From Bugula neritina (Eukaryota; Animalia; Bryozoa), in the NCBI GenBank assembly GCA_964035545.1, contig CAXIUT010000196.1, positions 1 through 30,720 on the forward strand: a DNA stretch of 30,720 nucleotides, read 5' to 3'. Under the pieces are notes generated by a model. It had not been told where the DNA came from and did not search any database. It saw only the letters and a list, made by a program, of their open reading frames with translations. Made by a program: the position numbers and the translations under genes. Below are positions 23,253 to 30,720 of the stretch, in pieces (within the stretch, counting starts at the first letter, position 1; each line of letters begins with the position of its first letter).

Positions 23253-23636
23253 TTTAATATTTTTGTCAAAATTATATTTTTGTTGCTTTTGTCATCTATA
23301 TCATTCTTTTTTTAATTCATAATTTATTTTTTTGACTTTATTTGTTATTTAATAGTATTTTTTTCTTTTAATTATTTCTGATTTCTGATTTCTAAAGGAT
23401 AATATTGAATCTAGATTCTTTAATCAATTTTTATTTAGAAAGATATGACTTAATTATAAATATATCTGATTAAATTTAATCTTTATGTAAAGGTTGTTTC
23501 AAAAGACTATTTTTTCTTGATCTGTTTCTATTTTAAGAAACTCTTATTTATCTTATTTTGTTACAGCTTAATGAATAAAATAAATGATCAAAATATAAAT
23601 AACTGTTCATTAATTAGTTCAGTGCACATAATCATC

Positions 23637-24491
23637 ATGCTTCGTTCTTCAATTGACAATCTAAACTTCCTCAAAAAAACTCAAGGATAAACTTTCTATC
23701 GAAGTAAGCGTAAGACAAGTATTGGGATTGGTTAATCTTCCACATCAAGAAGATATAGTGATGGGCAACAATCACCTAAAAATCAAGATAAAAGTATAAA
23801 ATCAAATGCTGATCTTGCTCTTAAAGATATTAGATAAAAACTTAGCTCTTTGTTTTCAGTAGATACTCAGAACAATCTATTTAGCAAAAAAAATATTGAT
23901 CAAAAAAATAAAAAATATGATCATTTCAGAATAACTACCTTTCGATATCCTCAAAAAAAGTTTTCCTATCATAAATCTCCTTAATCTCTTGAAGAAACCA
24001 AACTTTAAGATATCCAAAATGAATTTAAAGTGACTGAAGCGAACATTCTGAAACGATAATCTGCAAATGATCCTCGAAACTATGATCAACTTGGCATTAA
24101 AAGACATTTTCTTAAGTGGCAGGGATAAAACCGTTGTTTTGAAAAGGCAGTTCAATTCAAAAAACCCAGTTCAAGACATACAACAGATAAATTAATAATG
24201 TTAATCAAGTAAAGGTAGGGAATAGAAAGTCATAAATAAAGATTAGATGTCAAATAAAGATTAGATGTCAAATAAAGATTGAATAGTAATAAATCTAGAT
24301 TAGATAGTAATAAGTCAAGAAGTAGTCATGGATAAAAAACAGAAAGTCATAAGTAGAGGTTAGATAGTCGTAGGTAGATTAGTTTATAGTATTCTTCTGA
24401 TGAATTGGAGATAAATGAAGTGGAGGGATGGAAAAGGACGCCCAAAGAATTAGAATAAAGTTATCTTATGAACTTTTAAAATGAAATTTGA
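23637..24491 (+). CDS. Hypothetical low-complexity protein, ~284 aa (start uncertain)
   Basis: Open frame to TGA 24489-24491. Ser/Lys/Arg-rich with KERLD repeats. Confidence 0.55.
24234..24280 (+). repeat. Coding 18-bp tandem repeat (aaataaagattagatgtc x2.6), with degenerate copies to ~24370
   Basis: Direct inspection. Encodes KERLDV repeats. Confidence 0.85.
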
Positions 24492-24619
24492 TAGATATCT
24501 TTTTCCATTATTTTTGACTTATTTTCTTAATTTCAGCAAGTACAAGCTGGATATGCTACGTAAAAGCTTTTCACTGCTCTGATAACTTTTCCTCCTCTAG
24601 AATAGTATACAAACCAGAT

Positions 24620-24916
24620 ATGATACATACCAGCGCATAGTTGATTGACTACAGCATTCGTAATATTAATTCCATTGATATCCTTAATCCAGGCTACTTG
24701 AGACAAGTCGATACTAACAAGTACTTATGTGTTGAAGGGTTTATGAAATTCAATGAAGGTTCCACATTTGATAATCAATTACCATTGGCTATTGCACTAC
24801 AGGAGGTAGAAAGTATCAGTGCATAGCCAGATATTATTGTTCGAATTATAGTTGATGAGAGTAGTAGATCCTTTTTAGCAGAGAGGTATTCGATTAGAAT
24901 AAATGTTGAAAGCTGA
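24620..24916 (+). CDS. Possible small hypothetical protein (~98 aa; 5' end unresolved)
   Basis: Extends track ORF 24641-24826 through TAG codons to TGA 24914-24916. Confidence 0.4.
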
Positions 24917-25171
24917 GTCTATGTTTGTTTGATAGTCAGAAATATAAGACATATTTTTGTATATTTCTTTGAGGGTTAGTTATTGTGAATATGTAATTGG
25001 TCCTGCTTGTGAATAATTCAAGTGCTATGGTGATAAATTTGAAGCTACTGAGTTATTGCATCTACAATTAGCTGTTTCTATTAATATTAGAATGATTCCA
25101 ATCATAATAGTTATTGATTCACTCCTTTTTTTCATGAATAATGTTATTAATTTTGATAAATATATTGATTA

Positions 25172-25849
25172 ATGCAAGAACTTCTTCTTGAAGATTTCCA
25201 GAGCTTTGCTAACTCAATTCGTCAAATAACTTTTAATGATGTGCGTCTCAAATTCATGGACTATCAAAATAATGACTCTATCTCGAAGATGGTAGGTGAG
25301 TATGTACCAAAATTGCATCAATATTAACAATAGTTTGATCAGCATAAAAAAGAGGAAGAAAATATGAGAAAAATACCATCTTTTGATGGAAAAAAAGAGT
25401 TTAATAATACGGATAATATGCATAGAAAAATAATAAGTACTTTTAAAAACTTTTTATTAAGCTAAATAAAAGATTTTAAAGAATATCTTCGTCTGACTAT
25501 TGATATCGATCAACTCAGTAACATGCTCAGTCGAATCTAGATCTTGAGATTCAAACATTCAGAGTGGAACCTGATTTACTATCTCTTTACTGCTAGTAGA
25601 AGAAGCATCAGAATATTTCTCAAGCTAAGAGAATAAATAATTAAAACAAACACCTTTACCACTGTCAAGTATAATCCCATTTCTACTCACAATTCGGCCA
25701 AATATACAGATAGATACTACTATCTTGATAAAATGAGTGTTTCTAGAAAGAAAAAAGAGTGGTAATAATTGGTTTTTCTGGCTGGATTCGTCTATGATGA
25801 TGAATTTACACAGCTTCTTTTTAGCGAAAGAGATGAGTAAATATGGTGA
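25172..25849 (+). CDS. Hypothetical protein, 225 aa
   Basis: ATG-to-TGA open frame with TAR=Glu. No motif recognised. Confidence 0.6.
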
Positions 25850-25975
25850 TATTTAGAATATTAGCTGCTTAAATTATTGAATACTGCTTATGGCTTAATA
25901 AACAAACTGCTGGATCATCTCCTACCAAGTGATATTAACATCTTTATCTTATAATTTGACTTATAATAATTGCCA

Positions 25976-27067
25976 ATGATAAGAAGCAACAAGAAAAAAG
26001 AGAAATCAAAAGAATCTCACAAGGAATCAGAACAAATCAAAAAGAAGCAGGAATAAAATAAGCTTGTAGACAAAAAGAAAGAAGATGATCAAAAAGAAAG
26101 AGCTCCTAGAATATTAAAGGAAATTGTAATTCCTATTCCTTTGGTTGTAACTAAACCAAGAAGAACTCGAAAGAGAACAGTTGAAATGCCTAAAGGTTAT
26201 TTAAGATATGCTTCATTACCTTTTCCTCCAAGAAATTTTATCGAATTGACTGAAGAAGAGATTGACTTTATTTCTTTATGGAGAGAAAAATATAATTTTC
26301 GTGGTTTCAATCTACTTAGCGAGGATCAATTAGAAAAGACTTTTAAATTTTTTACTAGTTTTAAAAACCAAAAAAGTTATTAATAGCTTGAATTAGAGTT
26401 AAGAAAGTACCTGCTAAGTCCATAAAATTCAGAGTTCTATGCTATTTTCAAACTTTTCAGTCAATAAGATGAATAATTATTCTTTTAATTTACTTCAAAA
26501 TTAGTTTTAAAATGGAAACATAGAATTTAGTATAGGTTTAGTCTAAATGAACATCATAGAAAAAAATGTTAAAATATTCTTTTTCAGGCTAAATAAAATT
26601 TTATTTTTACAAGATTTAGTTGGTAGAGTGATAAGTATGTTGTTTTTCTGAATAAATAGATAAAAATCAATCAGAAACTATACAATGAAAATCAATCGAG
26701 AAGCAAAAGATTTAACTAAAAAAAATAATTACTCATAAAAAATGTAATAACCTTTATGAATAGTTTAGAAAAATTTAGAAAATCAGCTAATCTTGATGAA
26801 GAATTTGAGAATCTGTCCTATTTTATGAAAAATAAATAACATAAAGTAAATCTTATTGAAATTGATTTAATTATCAAAAACGTCATCAAAAAATTTACCT
26901 AATATAAAATCAGAAAATCAAATAATAAAGAAAGTAGTAATAGACTATCAGGAAAAATCATCTCAAACTTGCCGATTGAAAGTTCTCAAAATCAATAACA
27001 TATTCGTTCAAGTCAGTAAAAGTAAGGTTAAGGAATAAAGGCAAAATCAAAAAAAAGGAAGTCTTGA
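25976..27067 (+). CDS. Hypothetical basic protein, 363 aa
   Basis: Contains track ORF 26141-26383 in frame. TGA 27065-27067. Confidence 0.65.
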
Positions 27068-27093
27068 TAATTCATTTGATAAAAAATCATTAC

Positions 27094-27504
27094 TCAACAA
27101 CAGCAAAATCCTCCTTTACTTTATTCTTAAAGACGAGATTATCTTATATTTGACTTATTTTTTTTAGGACTACCTTTACTTCCTATTTCAATTTCATGTC
27201 TTGACTTTTTTAGATCTAACCTTTCCATTGAATGTTCTTCTCCTTCATAGAGATAGAGTTTTATGACTCCGTTTTAAGGTCGTATGTGTTTTAATATTTG
27301 TGAGATTGTGGAATCTTCTGAAATAGGTCTTCCTCTTTTTTCAAGAGCTAGATAGTTATGGTTGTGAGATAGTTTGTTTAGTTCATGGAGATATTCGAAT
27401 AGATTTTTGATCCTTGTTTTTGATTCTACTTCTAGAACTATCTCTTTAACTCTGGTTGCATTGGAATCAAGTTTTCCCATCATCATGATTCCTACTTTGT
27501 ACAT
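27094..27504 (-). CDS. 136-aa protein with a possible ubiquitin-like fold and a C-terminal GGFCCC lipidation motif
   Basis: Track ORF 27274-27504 extends through TAA codons to ...SKGGFCCC-TGA. The pattern EVESKTRIKNL...LEKRGRPISEDSTISQI...VIKLY resembles a beta-grasp fold. Confidence 0.7.
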
Positions 27505-27562
27505 TCTTATCCTATAATTTTATTAATTTTATCCAACTTTAATTAAATCACTTAGAATACCT

Positions 27563-27650
27563 GGGGTTGGGGTTGGGGTTGGGGTTGGGGTTGGGGTTGG
27601 GGTTGGGGTTGGGGTTGGGGTTGGGGGTTGGGGTTGGGGTTGGGGTTGGG
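27563..27650 (+). repeat. (GGGGTT)n telomere tract ending segment 3, with one G5 variant unit
   Basis: T2G4 array with GGGGG at 27623-27627, 58 nt upstream of an ATG. Confidence 0.96.
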
Positions 27651-28005
27651 AAATATAAAAGTATTATTCTGAAAACATTTAACTTTTGAAATCTATTCCC
27701 ATGTTCTAGTGTTAGAATAGCAATATTTAATCATAATTAACATTTTTAATAATCCCTTTTTAAAGCTTCTAAAACAAAGAAGATTTCAAGGTGATCATGG
27801 AATTAAATAAATAAAATTCTAAATTTTGAAAATAAGAATAGAACTTTCTCTGTTTGTTTCATTCATAACTCTTTTTGATTATATTTTTATTGATAATTTG
27901 TATTTCTTCTAATTGATGTTATTTCGGATAAACGCATAATGGAAGATTGTTCGTTTAAATTTACATAGAAATTCTTTCCCTATATTCTATTTAAAATCAC
28001 AGAAA

Positions 28006-29917
28006 ATGGCAGGAGACTCAGAAGAAACAAAGAAACTCAATGGTTATACAGATATAGAACATGGACCCTTAAGTGAAGCTAACAGATAGTGTAGAGATAT
28101 CATCTGCACCATCCTCTTTCTCGCCATGATCGTTATCATGGTCTACATGTCAGCTCATGGCTATGCTAATGGAAATCTCAGCAAACCCTTCAGAGCCACA
28201 GATTCTAACGGTATAGTTTGTGGAGAACCTGGAGGAGTGGCTGAAACTTATCCTTATGCTTACTTTTTCAACCCAACCTCTTTTACTCTTGAGAATAGGT
28301 TCTGTGTACAAGAGTGTCCCAACTACTCATCAGGATCTCTATCAACTCTTAGCTGTTACGGAACATCATGCCCATACGCAGTTACAATTCTTTCAGATGG
28401 AACATACTCTTCCAATCCTTCTTCTACATCAGTTATCATTGGCTATGAAACATCATCTTTGATCAGTCGTGTCTGCATTCCTAGCAGCACAGTCTTCACT
28501 GGTGCTTTTGCTTCTTATGTTTCTACCTTCAGCACCTACCTTTCACAAGGAGGCTTTAGTACTTTCATCACTGACCTATAAAATGTATATTATTTAATAT
28601 TTAGAATTGGCAATGGGTTTTGGGTGCAGTAGGCTTCTGTGTTATCCTTTCCTTTGTCTTCATGTACTCTCTTAAGTGCCTTGCAGGATGCATTGTCTGG
28701 ACTTCTGTCTTTGGCATCATTATTGCTTTTGGGCTAGCAGGTTTCATCTGTCTCTATAATGCTGGAGTTATCGTTACCCCTGATGCTGCCTCTGGATACC
28801 TTGGAATTCCAACTGTTTCTGGAGCCACTGAGAATGAATATAAAATATTCGGATATATTGCATTTGGATTTTGTGGATTTTTCCTTTTGCTTCTTCTTTG
28901 CTGTTGTAGTCGTATCCGTCTCGCAGTGGCAGTTTGTAAAGCAGCAGGTCAATTCGTTTCGCATGTCTGCACAGTTATGTTAGTGCCTATCATTCAGGCA
29001 TTCATAACCTTATCACTGTGGGCAGTTTGTCTTATAGCTATGCTTTACCTTGCATCAGCTGCTACTTATGTCTATACTGGAGATGTTTTCACAAGCATTC
29101 AAAGCTATAAGGAAGATAACTTGATGTACTTTTACACCTTCCTCTTTGGAACTCTTTGGTGTAACGCCTTCATTCAAGCTGCAGGAATCTTTGTGATTGC
29201 CAGTGCTTGCTGTATCTGGTATTACTCACATGGACCTAACCAAGATGAAGTCAACTTCCCTATCTTTAGAAGCTACAAAATGGTCTTTAGATATCATTTT
29301 GGTAGTCTTGCTTTTGGATCTCTTATCTTGGCTATTGTCCAGTTCATGCAAATCATGCTTGAGTTGTTTAAAAAGCAAGCAGAAGCCAGTGGAGCTGATA
29401 ACAATAAGTGTTTTGAGTACGTTATCAACTGTTTGAGATGCTGCCTTGAGTGTGTTGAGAGAATTGTTCAGTTCATCAACAAAACCGCTTACATTCAGAT
29501 AGCTTTGAGAGGCAAAAACTTTTGTAGCGCTGCTAAAGACGGTTTCGAGATTGTCTGGGCCAACCCAGCTAGATACTTTATAGTCGGAGGAGTTGGTTCT
29601 ATCATTATGTTCCTCGGAAAGCTGATGATCGCATCTGGAACTACTATCTGTTTCTACTTGCTCATTACTTATGAAAGCAGCATTAAGCAGAACGTCATGG
29701 AGCCAATCTACCTTCTCATCGTACTTCTAAATATATTTAGATCGTTTTCATCATTTCCTATGCAATTGGAGTGCTCTTCATGGCTGTCTACAGCATCGCT
29801 ATGGACACAATCCTGCAATGCTTCATCGTTGATGAGGCCAACCAACAAGCCAAAGGAGCTAAGACTGCTCTCTATGCTCCAGAATAAATCCAAAACCTGA
29901 TCGACATGGACGAATGA
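28006..29917 (+). CDS. Choline transporter-like (CTL/SLC44) protein, ~623 aa, two 20-nt introns
   Basis: NRECRDIICTILF, DSNGIVCG, FCVQECP, RIRLAVA, RYHFGSLAFGSLILAIVQ, FINKTAYIQIALRGKNFCSAAK, IAMDTILQCFIVD. Introns 28585-28604 and 29721-29740. TGA 29915-29917. Confidence 0.95.
28585..28604 (+). other. 20-nt intron (gtatattatttaatatttag)
   Basis: Joins the two large track ORFs (TDLEN|NWQWVLG). A at -6. Confidence 0.93.
29721..29740 (+). other. 20-nt intron (gtacttctaaatatatttag)
   Basis: Restores the SLC44 C-terminus (IVFIISYAIG...DTILQCF). A at -6. Confidence 0.93.
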
Positions 29918-29967
29918 TACTTCACACTTTACTCTTTAATATTTATCATCATATTTAGTTTATAAAA

Positions 29968-30428
29968 TCACTTCTTGCCTTTCTTGTAAACTTGGTTAGC
30001 ACTCATGATCTGCCCTTTTCTGTCTAGTTGGTCTGGCTTTAGCTAAACTGCAACTACTTTTAGAACCTAGCCATCTTCAATCAACTCAAACTTACCATTG
30101 ATCTCACTGCAGCTAAAAATGCTTTTCTTGGCTACATTGTCCTGAATAAGATTAATAGTACCATAGAGTTTTGACTTCCTCCTTTGATCGTAGCTGTTAT
30201 GTGATTTCCTTATTTCTGAATGTCTCCATTGAAAGTAGTTTAGTTTTTGTTAGCAGTGACCAGTTCATAGCCTCTTTAGCATTAATAGTAGTAAGAGTAT
30301 GTACATTCGAAAGTATTGTTTGGACGTAAAATAAGAGTTCTGTTTTAATTTTCATAAATTCCATAGTCAGCATCAGCCTACCTTTGATCTTCAGTGAATT
30401 ATTTATGACAAGTGTATGAGGTTTACAT
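29968..30428 (-). CDS. Hypothetical beta-rich protein, 146 aa, one 20-nt intron
   Basis: ATG 30428 to TGA 29968-29970 in frame after removing 30142-30161. Confidence 0.65.
30142..30161 (-). other. 20-nt intron (gtactattaatcttattcag)
   Basis: GT...CAG with A at -6. Restores the frame to the terminal TGA. Confidence 0.75.
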
Positions 30429-30627
30429 ACAATATAATATTAGATCCAAACATAAAAATAAAGTTTTATAAAGAGAGATGAACCAGTGATTTTATTAGAA
30501 AATATATCATCAAAAGTATTTTTAGAAAGTATTAAGTACATAATACATCTAATGAAGATTTATTTTTTTGAATTTTTTAAATATATATATATTAAATTGT
30601 TCGTCTAAACAAAATATATTTATTCTC

Positions 30628-30720
30628 GGGGTTGGGGTTGGGGTTGGGGTTGGGGTTGGGGTTGGGGTTGGGGTTGGGGTTGGGGTTGGGGTTGGGGTTG
30701 GGGTTGGGGTTGGGGTTGGG
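30628..30720 (+). repeat. (GGGGTT)n telomere tract ending segment 4
   Basis: Perfect T2G4 array running to the window end. Confidence 0.97.

Noticed and set aside
24234-24370. Short direct repeats as a CRISPR-like or mobile-element signature
   Set aside because: They are in-frame coding minisatellites without spacers. No transposase, RT, terminal inverted repeats or RNA genes were recognised in the window.
27623-27627. G5 variant telomere unit
   Set aside because: A single instance, indistinguishable from a homopolymer sequencing error or occasional telomerase slip.
181-30428. Standard ciliate code (UAR=Gln), or pseudogenes with many stops
   Set aside because: Invariant Glu positions (APE, EF-hand position 12, kinase hinge) are occupied by TAA/TAG, and catalytic motifs are otherwise intact.

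Overview
AT-rich, gene-dense ciliate macronuclear-type DNA. The supplied ORF track is fragmented because it uses the wrong genetic code. TAA and TAG both encode Glu (kinase APE, EF-hand position 12, histidine-phosphatase and cyclin glutamates), and every complete gene I translated ends in TGA. This is translation table 30, known from peritrich ciliates. C4A2/T2G4 telomere tracts at 1-99, 7262-7366, 14549-14622, 27563-27650 and 30628-30720 split the window into four pieces. The first is a complete ~7.4-kb two-gene minichromosome. The other three carry only a right-hand telomere and look like separate contigs joined end to end. About 22 genes were reconstructed by hand, including an Aurora-like kinase, a dual-specificity phosphatase, an SLC44 transporter, a cyclin, LRR, MORN and RING proteins, an EF-hand pair, a prominin-like protein and a Zn-finger/pseudo-NDK protein. 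The most striking signal is the introns. All 14 that I could place with confidence are exactly 20 nt (GT...AG) with an invariant A at position 15 (-6), suggesting a fixed-length, ruler-type splicing system. One further frame shift in the kinase tail does not fit this pattern.
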